Shown: positions 42,901 through 62,779 of the stretch, piece by piece
How the letters are laid out: each line of letters begins with the position of its first letter
How positions within the stretch are numbered: the stretch's first letter is position 1
Notes under the pieces: model-generated
The model's input: only the letters and a program-made list of their open reading frames with translations
Told to the model about the DNA's origin: nothing
The model's database searches: none
Position numbers and translations under genes: made by a program
Origin: Lama guanicoe
Taxonomy: Eukaryota
Length of the DNA: 64,000 nucleotides
Direction of reading: 5' to 3'
Assembly: GCA_013239625.1 (NCBI GenBank)
Contig: MU057344.1
Location: 126,276-190,275, forward strand

Positions 42901-45868
42901 GCCGGCTCCTGTATCCCCGGAAGGAGGGACAGCGGCTGGAGAACAAGCCCAAGAACCGATACAAGAACATCCTTCCCTGTGAGGGCCAGGGGCAGGGGCC
43001 ATGGGGGCCAGGGCTCCACCCACCACATTCGGGGGCCCATCTGGCAGAGGGTCCTTCGTGGGTGGAGGCAGGGTCATTTCCCACCGCTGGTGTGATGCCC
43101 CCTCTTGCCCCTTCATCTCTCGTCTCTGCTTACCACGGGTCAGTGGGCAAGGAGGTAGGTGGGGTCCTCAGGTGTCCCCTTTCTGCTGGAGACCTGAGTG
43201 GCATCTTCCCCTTCCCAGTTGATACCACCCGAGTCATCCTGCGTGACGTGGATGACAGTGTGCCTGGAGCTGACTACATCAACGCCAACTACATCAGGGT
43301 GGATGTGAGTGCGGTGTGGTTGGCCAGCTGCACACTTGGCTCTGCATGAATCAAACGTGGCATCTGAGGCCATGTCTGGCCACATAACAGTCACCTTCTC
43401 CCCCTATTATGAGCCTGGAGCTCCTGCTGGCCCCCAGTGATCTGGGGACTTTGGCACAACAGTAGATATTCAGGGGGAGGGGTGCAGCAGTCCCCAAGGG
43501 GTCCTCAGAGGGGTCCTCTGAGCCTGTACAACTAAATATTGGTCCTGACCCCTCCTTAGCCTAGGGTGGGGCAGACTGTGTGTGTGAGCCACCTGGGCTA
43601 GTTTGCATGTCATTGCATCACCTTGCACTTAGCCTCTGGCACTTTAATTCCTGGAAACAGCAGGCAGCTGACCCCACCTCCTTTCAGAGTGACCCAGAAG
43701 AGAAGCCAGGCCATGGACTGGGCAAGGTGTACATCGCCACTCAGGGCTGTCTGCAGACCACGGTGGCTGCCTTCTGGGCCATGGTGTACCAGGAGAACAC
43801 ACGTGTCATTGTCATGACCACCAGGGAGGTGGAGCGAGGCCGGGTAGGGGCTCAGCCTCATGTCCCCCCCTCCTCCCACCCCCACCCCTTGTGTAGGGAG
43901 CAGGGAGGGCCCTGGACAGACCCGCATATGCCCCACAGGGCTGAGGGGCAAGGATGCTGGTGGTCTTCCAGCACGGCTGATGCAATGCACCCACTCCCCC
44001 AGAACAAGTGTTTCCGATACTGGCCAGAGCTGCATGGCAGCCAAGACTATGGCCGCCTGCACGTGTGCAATGCAGCTGAGTACCAGGCCCAGGGTTACTG
44101 TGTGCGGGAGCTGCAGGTGTGGCGGCCAGACCAGGTGAGCCTGGAGGGCACAGGAGGTGTGGGGCCAGAGTCAGAGTGGTCAGGAAGTCCCCAGGTCTGC
44201 ACTGGGGTGAGGAGGCCCTATGCTGGCCCTGCCTCCACCCAACCCTGCTGGCCCTGGTGGCTTCCATATCCCTCAACCCAGTGGGCACAGTCCTGGCCTG
44301 GGCTCTTCTGGACAGTGTTCCCAGATGGGCACGTTCTCAACCCCAGTTGCCTGGCTCCAGAGTGGCCTCACACCCACATTGGCCTCTCCCTCCGGTCTTT
44401 CCCTGGACCATCTCAGCACCTGTGGCCTCCTTTATATGCCAGTGGTGCCTATTTCTACCCCAGGCACAGATCCCTCCCCACTAGTCCCCTGTGTAACCAC
44501 CTGGGGGGCGTCCTGCATGCCCTCTTCATTTGGCCCTTCCCAAAAATAACTCAGAGTCCAGAAACCTGCTCCCTCCTGCGGATGATCTGTCTTCCCTTCC
44601 TCAGGCACCCAAGCCACCTGGGGCTACCTGGGGTCACCTTGGGCCACCTGAGCCACCTGGGGCCACCTGGGGCCACCTGGGCCTGATGGCCCATCTTTTC
44701 CTACCACTCCCTCCTGCTCAGTCTGGGCCCGGCTGGTCACTCCTTGGGAAACCCCGCTAAGCCACGGCCTGCCTCCCTCCAGTCCCTCTTCGTTCCCTGC
44801 GTGTCTCCCACCGCGACGGTCACAGAAGCAACACTGAGGCCCGGCCAGTCTGGGACCCTCCCAGACCAGCCAGGCTGAAGCTCACCATCCTGCCCTGCCT
44901 AGGAGAGGTCGGCGCGCACAGTGAAGCACTATCAGTACTTCAGCTGGCCGGACCACGGGGTCCCGGCCGAGCCCGCCGGCGTCCTCGGCTTCCTGGACGA
45001 GGTGAACCGGGCCCAGAGCAGCATGCCGGGGGCCGGACCTATGGTGGTGCACTGCAGGTGCGATCGGGACGGGGAGGGGCGGGGCCAGCGGCTCAGGTGC
45101 GACCAGGGAAGGTGCCCGCGGCTTTGTCCTGTCAGCTGGTCACAAGCTTCCTGGTCCGTCCCCACAGCGCGGGCATCGGACGCACTGGCACCATCATTGT
45201 GATTGACATCCTGGTGGACTTCATTCGCAAGCAGGGTGAGCCGCCCCTGGCTGGCTGGCCCGCCCTGCCGACCCCGCCCCCTTCATCTCGCCCTCCCACC
45301 CCTCCCTACCGGCCCCGCCCCGCCCTGCCCTGAGCGCGCTCGTCCCCAGGGCTGGACTGCGACATTGACGTCCCCAAGACGATCCAGCTGGTGCGGCGAC
45401 AGCGCTCGGGGATGGTGCAGACCGAGGCGCAGTACAAGTTCGTGTACCTAGCGCTGCGGCGGTACATCCAGGGCGAGCAGCTGCGCCTGAGCGAGCAGGC
45501 TGCGGCGGGGCCGGGCCGGGGCGGCGCCTGCGCGGGCATCACCATGGTGACCAGTGGGCCCGCCCCTCAGCGCGAGCGGCCGGAGGAGCGCGACTCTCTG
45601 AGTGTGGGCGCCTCGCCCGCTGACCCTGGCTGGAGCCCCGGGCCCGCGCCGTCCCAGGCGCCGGCGGCGTGAGTAGGGCGTAGGGCACCGGAGCGGGCGG
45701 TGACCGGGCCGGGAGCAGGGGGGCCTCGGGGGCGGGCCCCGAGTGGGGGCGTGGCCCGGGCGAGGGGGCGTGGCCGCGCGTGGGCCCCCGCGGAACCCGG
45801 TCTCCTCTCGCAGGACTCCAGAGGCCTCTGGCCGCGTGTGTGAGAGCCTGCAGGGCCTCGGGAGATGA
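33714..45868 (+). CDS. SH2-SH2-PTP tyrosine phosphatase, PTPN11/SHP2-like paralog (third SHP family member), 15 coding exons, about 581 aa
   Basis: Exons: 33714-33727 (MTSRR), 39858-39980, 40939-41136, 42019-42205, 42283-42402, 42609-42722, 42882-42978, 43219-43298, 43688-43843, 44003-44134, 44903-45057, 45168-45235, 45350-45498, 45571-45668, 45814-45868 (TGA). Sum 1746 nt with no internal stop. N-SH2 WFHP...FLARPS, C-SH2 WYHG...FLVRES. PTP motifs [52 protein letters not shown]. The intron-13 donor is non-GT. Confidence 0.9.
35269..35392 (+). mobile_element. tRNA-derived SINE (camelid Vic-type) in intron 1 of the SHP-like gene
   Basis: A box TAGCTCAGTGG, B box GGTTCAATCC, A-rich tail. Imperfect target-site duplication GATATTGGTGTCTGAG (35254-35269) / GATATTAGTGCCTGGG (35393-35408). 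Confidence 0.9.
37913..38102. mobile_element. MER3-like non-autonomous hAT DNA transposon
   Basis: cagtgctgaccaa...tactgggcagcgc terminal inverted-repeat remnants and the internal actttctgtggtggtggaaatgtt motif. Confidence 0.55.
38975..39200 (-). mobile_element. L2 LINE 3' fragment
   Basis: attcagtagtcattta...caggcactgtttagggccctggg...tgcccttgtggggcttcagtct resembles the antisense L2 3' end. Confidence 0.55.
41634..41910 (+). pseudogene. Intronless SRGAP1-derived fragment (RhoGAP C-terminal part) in intron 3 of the SHP-like gene
   Basis: Translates to [42 protein letters not shown], then after a frameshift [48 protein letters not shown]. This matches recalled SRGAP1 ([32 protein letters not shown]...[19 protein letters not shown]). 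AT content is higher than the flanks. Confidence 0.85.
44613..44681. repeat. 10-bp minisatellite (GCCACCTGGG)x~7
   Basis: Directly visible tandem array in intron 10 of the SHP-like gene. Confidence 0.85.
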
Positions 45869-46150
45869 GGGCCCCGCGTGCGCACGCCCCGAGTGAGGTT
45901 GGAACCGCGAGGAGGCAGCGCCCAGCCAGGCCGGCCCCCTCATTCCTCGAAAGGACTGTGTTTAGGACAGTGCAGACTGGAGCTCATCCCGGAGCGCGGG
46001 GGAAGGGGTCCCGGGTCTGCCGCTCAGACCCTCCCTGACCAGGCCTGCACGCCCAGAGATGGGAAGGGCGGTCGATTGATCCGGTGTCACCGCCTCTCCT
46101 GGGGCTCCCAGGGGAAGGTGGAGGAGGGGCGGCAGGGCTGCGGTTTGTCT
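44900..46150. promoter_or_regulatory. 3' CpG island over exons 11-15 of the SHP-like gene
   Basis: Very high CpG and GC-box density in both exons and introns. Confidence 0.65.
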
Positions 46151-47440
46151 CCGCGTGGGAGGCCACCAGTGACAACCTGCACCGCTCGCTGAGCACGTGT
46201 GACCTTGTGTGTGCCAAGTGTTTGAGTGCCGGCCTGTATGTGGGACCTGAGTGGCCGGCAAGTGAGTACCAATGTGTCCTGGACCTGACTGTGTCACCAG
46301 CGTTGGTGCCCAGCTCCCCTGCATCCAGGGCACCCCCCTCACCCATCCCTTCGGAGCTGCTTCTCAGCCCTGTCCAGAGCGGTGGTCTGGGGTGTGGCCC
46401 AGGCAGTGGCTCAATTCCTGACTTGACCAGATGTAGCCCAGACCATCACGCTGAGGTCACGCGTGGATAAATGCTTGTTGAATGAAGGAGTATATGACCT
46501 GCTCATGTGACACCCGTGTGACGAGGGCAAAGCTCCCTGTGTGCATGACTGGTGTGTGATGCTGTGATGTCACTGGCATGTGGCCTGTGGTCCCACCCCC
46601 GACACGGATGGCCCTGTGTCTTTGTGGTAGCCTCAGTAAAATGCCTTGTTCTCAGTTCTGTGTCCTTGTAGGGGCCTGGGGCAAGGGTACATGTGAGTCC
46701 CCACAGCTCGGCCCAGCTTCCCCAGGGTGTCCCTGTGCCCTCTCCCCTCCCCAGCCAGAGGCCCAGCTGGGTGTAGCAGGAAGTCCTGGGTTTTGGGGTG
46801 AAGGATGAGGAGGCTAAGACCTGCGCGAGCCAGACCAGCCTGGCCTCTCTTCACCATGCCAACCTGGTGGTGCAGGATTCCTGAGGCCAATAGCAGAACC
46901 GGGTGGGGTTGGGGGTGGGGGTTGGCAGGACTCCCGCCCATCCCTTGAGACACTGCTGCTTCACCAGCCAGGCCTGGCCCAGGGAGGGTCTGCCAGAGGG
47001 CCCTGAGGTCTGTGGATCCAGGACACGCTGGTTTTAGCAACCTCTGGGATGACTTCTGGGGAGTGCAGCCTGGTGTGAACACGGTGGGGGATGGGGAGGA
47101 GGACTCTGGACGAGGCCAAGGCCCTACACCAGTCCTACCTGCCCCAGGTGCTCTGGACCCTCCCTATTTCCCTGGGGGAGCCTCCCAGCCCTGGGGGCCA
47201 GCCAAGTCCAGACGTGCTCCAGCCCGTCCACAGCCCAGAGAGGACAGGAGTTGGACCCCCTAGAACCTGAGGCCAGCCACTTAGGGGCTGCTAGGAGTCC
47301 AGGCCAGTGCAGGTATCCTCTGTACTGAGGGTCTTTGCAGCAGGGGAAGACTGTGAGCTTTTCTGGAGGAAAGGGTTTAGTGGTACAGGAAGGAGGACAC
47401 ACAGCCTGAAGACCTCTTACCAACTGCGGGTACAAAATAA

Positions 47441-47446
47441 TTTATT
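47441..47446 (-). terminator. RNF223 polyadenylation signal
   Basis: TTTATT on + (AATAAA on -), about 525 nt beyond the RNF223 stop. Confidence 0.75.
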
Positions 47447-47970
47447 TAAAAATGTACAGTTCACCAGGTGGGATGAGCACTGAGGGACTGGGCTCCCTGC
47501 CACTTCCCTCTGTCCCCCTGGTCACCCAAGGAAGGGGCCAGCCCTGCCTGGGGAAGGACTCTGGGGAGGGAGCCATGGGTGAAATGTGCATATGAAATAA
47601 GGATGGCAAGTCCTCTCCCTTTTCAGCAAAGGGGCTGTGCCTGCAGACGATTCAGTGTATAGGGAGGGTCCCCACCAAGCTGCTGCTCCTGGGCCTCAGT
47701 GTCCCCACCTGCATAATGGGAGTTATGGGGGTGGCCTCTGGGGTCCATAGGAATCTCTGATTCTTGGAAGCTCAGGGGAACTTTTTGTCCACCCCATAGG
47801 ACCGGGCCCCAGAGAGTCAGGGGCAGGTGAGCCAAATGGGGGTGTGGGTGCCTCAGAGATACTGGGGCTCCTCTGGGATCCCAGGGCTGGACCCCAGCCA
47901 GCTGCTACATCCCATGACCCCAGCTGTGGGCTGGGCAGCCACACCTGGAACTGGGGTGGCGGTGATGACC

Positions 47971-48804
<834 letters not shown>

Positions 48805-50227
48805 CTATTGCTGTCCCTCTGTCCCTCTCTATTGCACTGCCCAAAGGTCCCTGGAAGGACACTGCCCACCTGTGGGCACCTCCACAAAGTCCTGCCTGTC
48901 CCTGGCTTAAGGTCTTTCTGCTCAAGTTGTAACCCTGACCTCCCCACTTCCTCACATGCTGAGTCAGGTGTGAGCATCCTGGGGGTGTCCCAGCCTGGCC
49001 AGCCTAGAGCGGGTCTAAGGATGGAGGCCATGTGCTCACTGCCTATCTGGCCATGCCACTGGGCAGAAATAAAGGTGATGATGACAACAGTCCACCACAG
49101 GTACTATTTACTTCTGGGCTCTGCCAGGCTGGTGTGATACACACGCAGAAAAGGTAGCCGGGGATGGGGGTGGCGACAGCCAGAGGGGCCTGGGCTCTCA
49201 CAGGAGGGGTGTGGCCCTGGGTCAGGTGAAGTGGGTTTGAACACGGATCCCAGCGGTCAGCTAATGTGGTTGGTGCACACCAAGTCCGTGGGCAGCTGTG
49301 TGAGGGTGGGCGCCAGGCCTGGCTGGGTATGGGAGGTGTCAAGACTCTGGATCTGGGAACTGGCTGGAGCTGGTCAGGCTGCGGGAGATGGGAAGGGCCT
49401 GAGCAGGGATGGTGGCCACGGCCTGAGGAGGGGGTTTGCCTCACAGCCACAGCCCGAACCTGCAGGTCAAGCTTGTCTGGCTGGTGAGGAGGGCTTGGTG
49501 CTGGCCCTCAGGGCCTGGAAATGCCCTGCAGTGAGGGAGTGGTAGGTGGACAAGCCCCAGCCTTCCTCTCTAGGCTGGCCTGCCACCCTGAGGGTCACAC
49601 CAGCCACAGCTGCCGTCTAGGAGGTGGTGGGCTGTCCTCTTTCCTACCGACTCCCCTCTCCATGGGAAACGCGGCCTCCGTCTCCCTGGTGAAGCTCAGG
49701 CGACCTGCCTGCTGCCTGTCCACTGGGCCCAGGTCTCCACCCCAGGCAGCCACGTGGGTCCTGACTTGCCCATCACCTTCTTGGAGGACAGAGGCGGCCA
49801 GGGCCTTTGGGACAACCCAAAGGGGCCATGTGACGTCATGGAGCCACGGAGGCTCCCCCAGAGGGGACCTGACCCTGAGCTGCTGGTCAGTCCAGGGGAG
49901 CTGGCAGGATGACTTCGAAGTGGCGTGCCATGAAGGCTCAGGTGTTGCTGCCTACTCACGGTGAACACTGTGAGTCACGATGACATCACTGTGATGTCTC
50001 GAGTGCCCCTGGCATTGCGGCATGAGATGTCACCACAACATGGTGGCAGTAGTTGCTGCAGGCCAGGTGACAGCCTCAGCAGGGTCTGGGGGAACCTCGG
50101 GCTGCCCTCCCCCAGCCAGCGCACGCCACATAACCAGTTCCTTGGCATTGAGGCCCCACCTGTCCAAGGAGGTATCCCACCCTGAGCCTGCACAGATGAG
50201 AAGTAGTGTCAGCTGAGCTGGCCTTAC

Positions 50228-50507
50228 CTGGTCGCTGGGGTCAGCGGGTCCCGGGCATGGCCCTCTTGGCTGGCTCTGCCAGGCTGAGGCCCCGAGCCCT
50301 CCCGTCACAGCAGTGCTGGCTCCCTCTCCTCCGGGGTGGGCTGGCCTGAGCTCTAGCTGGCAGGTGTTCCTCTCCAGGGCTGGCCGTCACCAGCGGTGCG
50401 GGGCAGGTGGGGTACAGGGGAATGGGTGTGCCCTTGCAGGTGTGGAGCGCTGTCTGAGGCAGTTGTAAGTTCTCTGGGCGTGGGCTCCTGGCAGGTGTAT
50501 TTATATA
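50228..50507 (-). promoter_or_regulatory. Probable RNF223 TATA promoter and non-coding first exon
   Basis: TATATAAATA on - at 50498-50507 with GC boxes upstream, and a donor CAG|GTAAGG at 50228. Confidence 0.6.
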
Positions 50508-51915
50508 CTCGCTTGGGATCTTGCTGGCCGGGGCGCGGCCTGGGGCCTCTGGGATTGGCTGGCCTTCCGTCCTCTCCCTGGCAGGCTGGGCGGCCGAGGG
50601 CGGAGTCAGAAGTGAGAGATCAGAGTCTGGGGTGGGGCTGGGGGTCAGTGTAGGCCTCTGCAGTCTGGGCAGGTCTGGGGTGCAGCTGGATGCCTTAGTA
50701 AAACCTCTCCCCTACCCCTGTGGACCCTGAGATACTGGAGCAGCCCCTCCAGAAAGAAATCTGCTCACCAACCCTGTGCAAGGTGGTGGCACCTAGCTCC
50801 TGGGTGAGCCTTCCAGAGGGTCCCTGCAAAGAGCCGCCCCACTCCCTGCTCAGCTCAGCTTGTCCTCCCCGCCCACCTGTGATCTCACTGACGCCCCATC
50901 ACCCCCAGCAGCCCCGTCCTGCCCCACCTCATCCATATGGCTTCTCATAAGCACAGCCCCCAAAACTTGGGCTTCTGCCGCCCCCACCCACCCCTCCCCA
51001 CCTGCAGCCTTCGGGGGCCAGGAGAGCACTCCCTGCTCTGGGTCCAGGGGATGGGGTGAGAGGTCAGGGCTGGGAGCACCCGAGGGGTGAGTCAGGGACC
51101 AGCCTGGCTACAAAAACTTGTTTTAGGTGAGTGCCTGCTGGCAGCACCCTCAGTTACACACGTAGGGCAGAGACTCCAAGGAAGCCCCATCCTGCCAGGG
51201 GATCCGGAAATCTTCCTGGGGATAGGGGAGCAGTTCCAGCCAGTCAGCCTGGGGTCCTAGCAGACCACAGGGCCAATCTATGCAGAAGCCAGGCAAGGGG
51301 CTGGTGAGGGCATGAGGGCTGAGGGTGGGGGCCAGGATGGAGGATGTGGGGCCTGTACTGGAAGGGCTAGGGTCTGACCAGTGGCCTGGACTGTGATTCC
51401 TCACTGCCACCCTGTTCCTGAGATGGGACCCCAATCACGAGGCTGTGGGGAGGGGATATTGGGTTTGGTGAGGCTGAGAGCAGGAGTCCGCCCTGGGGAG
51501 GGAAGGCCCAAATCATCCCCACTGCCCTGGCCGGTGCCCAGTGACCACTTAAGTGAGGAGTCCAGGAGCCCCAGAGGCTGCCCAGCCTCCAACAGCACTA
51601 GGAAAAAGCACTGCGAGCCAACAGCGGTTAGAGGTCAGCAAAAGGAAGCCACTACCGCAGTGCTAGGAGGTGGGTGCACAGAGTGGGCCGCCTGGGCACA
51701 GGACCCCAGGAGGGGCTGGCCACTGTGAGATGGGAGGGGCAGGCAGACCTACACTCACTAGGAGTCCGAGATGTGGGGTGACTGTAGGACAAAAGGGGAC
51801 CCAAAAAAAGGGCTCCCCCGAACATTCCATGAGGGGCTTAACAAGGGGCTGGGGTCTCAGATTGGGGTGGGAGTTCAGAGAGGAAGGTGGGGGCTCATAT
51901 TGAGATGGGGGCTCA

Positions 51916-51949
51916 NNNNNNNNNNNNNNNNNNNNNNNNNNNNNNNNNN
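51916..51949. other. Assembly gap (34 N) within a G-rich low-complexity repeat
   Basis: N run flanked by GGGGCTCAGA(G)-type repeats (about 51848-51995). Confidence 0.95.
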
Positions 51950-52708
51950 AGATTGGGGTGGGGGCTCAGAGAGGGGGGTGGGGGCTCAGAGAAGGGGAGC
52001 AGCTGTGACAGCCGGGCCAGCCTGTGTAAGATGGGCCCAGGGTTCCCACGGGTATCATGATTCAGGGTCACACGCTGCCTCCAGGAAGTGTCCTCCATCC
52101 TCCAGGCACACCCTCCTGAGGGCTCCTGCGAACGCCTGAGCTCTGAGGTCACTGTGAGCTCCTCAGTGCACAGTCAGTGCCCAGGGGCAAGGGGACAAGG
52201 ATACCTGAGGGATGGGCCACCTGGGGCAGTGGCCAGGCCTCCCTGCATGGGATCTCGGCACACTCGGGGCCTGGCGGGCCCACCTAGTGCCCACACACCT
52301 GCTCACTCTCCTCCCTGATGACAGAGGGAGCAGCTGTGCCACGTGGGCTTGTGGGTTCCCTCTGAGCGGGTGGGCATGTTCAACTTTACCCGGCTGTGCA
52401 AGCACACGTGTGATACGTGTGGAGGGAGCATGGCTGCCAGCATGTGGCCCCAGAGCTAGGACTCCCTCACCTGGGCAGAGGACAAGGCCTTCGGTGACCA
52501 TCCCTGCCCAGTCATGGCTCTCAGATGTGGGGGCCCCGAGCCCTCAAGACACCTGGGATTCCTGGGCTGGATCCAGACATTGTCCTCAGCCAGAAGAGCA
52601 GAGGAGAGGACTGTACCCCAAGGCCAGCCTGCCCTGCTCAGGGCAGTGGGGCTTCACTCTTGCTTAGAAACAGGTGAATCTTGGGTCAGCGAGAAAGCCC
52701 TGAGTGGT

Positions 52709-52714
52709 TTTATT
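52709..52714 (-). terminator. C1orf159 polyadenylation signal
   Basis: TTTATT on + (AATAAA on -), about 1 kb beyond the stop. Confidence 0.7.
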
Positions 52715-53699
52715 GACGCTGATTTAAGTTGGCACACGCTCAGCTGCCAGACAAGTTGCCCCTTCATGTCCTGACGAACAAGTTCGTGCCCGAAAACCAT
52801 AAATGCTCTAGACAGGCATCGCTGTGCAGAAGAGCACAGGAGGCTGGCCACGCAGGCCCTGCCTCAGGCCTCTTAGACGCGGACCAGACGTTGAAGAAGA
52901 AAATGTGAGTCCCAGCTGAGGGTCTGGGAAGGACAGGCTGCACCCCGCCCCGTGTGCAGCCGGTGGCCCCCAGGTATCCTCTCTCCACTGGAACCACGGC
53001 CATCTGCAGCCAGCCCAGACCAGAGACACGCAGGGTGGTGGCAGCTAGGATGGGCCGGCAGGTCTGGAGAGACCAGCCAGTCCAGGCAGCAGTCACAGGT
53101 AAACGTGGCCCTGGGTGGACACGTGCGTGTAGGGGCCCTGACCTCCAGCAGCTTCAGGCCAGTGTCCGCCGCCAAGTGGACGAGGACCGGCAGCACCTGG
53201 GGCCCAGGCGGCGCAGCAGATAAGGACAGCCGGGCCTCTTGGACGTTTGTACAGAACGCATTTCCACTTAAAAACAGACAAAAGTCAGCAGAAAACCAGA
53301 CAACTCACTTCCACAGCTGTCTGGACGTGGCTGGAACCTGCAGGCCTCGGCCTCGCTGCTCTCGGTGAGTGTGGAGGGTCTGCCCACCGTGTGCTCCAGG
53401 GCGGAGGAGCGCCCCGCAGCCTGTTGGCCCCTGGGAACTGTCTCTCCCAAGGGGCCTGGACCCCACGTGGCCTGGTTGCTGAGCCTGTTTCAGACAGAGG
53501 CTGGACTGATGCTCCAGGTCAGTCACACTGAGCAGCCACGTGTGGAGAGGAAGAGCCTGCAGGTGAGCCAGCTCCCACTTAGCGTCTGTGGCCAGAGACG
53601 GATGAGCTGAGCCAGGGCCGTGTCCAGGCCCGTCCCGGGGCTTTGCTGAGCAGCACCTGGTCTCTGTGCGCTGGGCTCCCTCCACGGTGACGTGTGGGT

Positions 53700-61550
<7,851 letters not shown>

Positions 61551-62779
61551 GTTCCGGAGCACAGGGTCTGCGGGAGAGGGCACAGATGTCGCCTTCCCAG
61601 CAGGGCACCAGGCCGGGGCCGGGGCAGAGGACCCTTACCTGGCCCTCCTGGCCGCGAGCTGCAGACATCCAGGCCCTCAGGCGTCGAGGCAAGGGTGCTG
61701 AGCACCAGGGAGTCAGGGTCCCAGAGCCCGGCAGACCCTCAGTCTAAGGCCTGCAAACTGAGGTTGATGGGTGAGGCCCCACCGCTGGTCAAGCGAAGCC
61801 AAACCAGGTCAGGGCCTCGGCCTCAGGGGCTCAAGTTCTGACAGGACTGCCCAGAAGGAGCCCCTAGGGCCGGGGCCAGAGAGGCTGGGCAGACTCACTC
61901 CCTCCTCTACCGCTTTCAGCTGCTTCCTGGAAGAAGGACTGAGGGGAGGGGTCTGGATGCCACTTTGCATCTCGAGCACATCCACCTGCTCGCCCTGCTG
62001 TCATTATGGGAAGGGTGTGAGCAACGTCAGGCTGGGGGAGAGGAGCCAGGGCGCAGGCAGTGCTGGGGCACAAACGCTCTGATCGTCCGTGGGCACAGAG
62101 TGCAGACAGGCAAATGGGACCACAAGGGAAAGACACCTCCTAACACGAAAAACACCTGAAACTTGACAGCCCACGCAGCTCAGGGTTCCTGGTGGCGTAC
62201 AGAACGCGGCTCAGAGAAAAATGCACCAACCTTCACAGCCCCTGAAGGAAATCGTTAGTCAGGTTTCTGACAGATTTCTCACCTGCAAGGTGGTAATCAC
62301 AATTATCTGTCCGGAACACATAAAGGTCACCTCTAAAAAGACTTTACGTGACGACGTAGGGCATGAGCAGGGAACAGGGTCAGGTCCCAGAGACAGCTTC
62401 TCACATGTCTGAAAAGTATGCCCTGAGGCTGGGGGATGAGGAGCTGTTCTGGCTCCACTGGCCCAGGGCCTCGGGGCCCTGGTGCTGAGCAGGTGGAGGG
62501 TGAAGGCCAGGGTCCCAGGGTCACTGGCTTTATGCCAGGTCAGTCCAGTGCTGACGGAGGACGCTGCCCCTCCCCACCCCCATCACGCCGTCCCATTAAA
62601 AACACAGGCTTCTCCTGCTGCACCTTCTCTACTACTGATGTCACGGACACACTGACACCTTCGATTCAGGAATCAGATCTCAACCAGCACCTCCGTCTGC
62701 CACCCAGTCAACACTACTGAGTATCGTTTACATACCGCACCACTTAAAGAGTCCAAACCACGTGGGACGCCCCCTCCCT

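Noticed and set aside
41644-43095. 483-aa ORF in the track
   Set aside because: Chance fusion of the SRGAP1 fragment, introns and mostly out-of-frame phosphatase exons (only exon 5 is in frame); it starts at GTG.
44613-44681. CRISPR-like array
   Set aside because: No spacers; it is a simple minisatellite in a eukaryotic intron.
43580-44686. 368-aa ORF
   Set aside because: Read-through of phosphatase exons 9-10 into introns; good splice sites explain the real coding parts.
45669-45672. TGA at 45670-45672 as the phosphatase stop
   Set aside because: It overlaps a consensus GTGAGT donor in the same phase as PTPN11 intron 14, and a matching exon 15 follows at 45814.
33714-45868. Calling the phosphatase PTPN11, PTPN6 or a processed PTPN11 pseudogene
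   Set aside because: Too divergent from the nearly invariant mammalian SHP2, wrong synteny for both genes, and it retains all introns.
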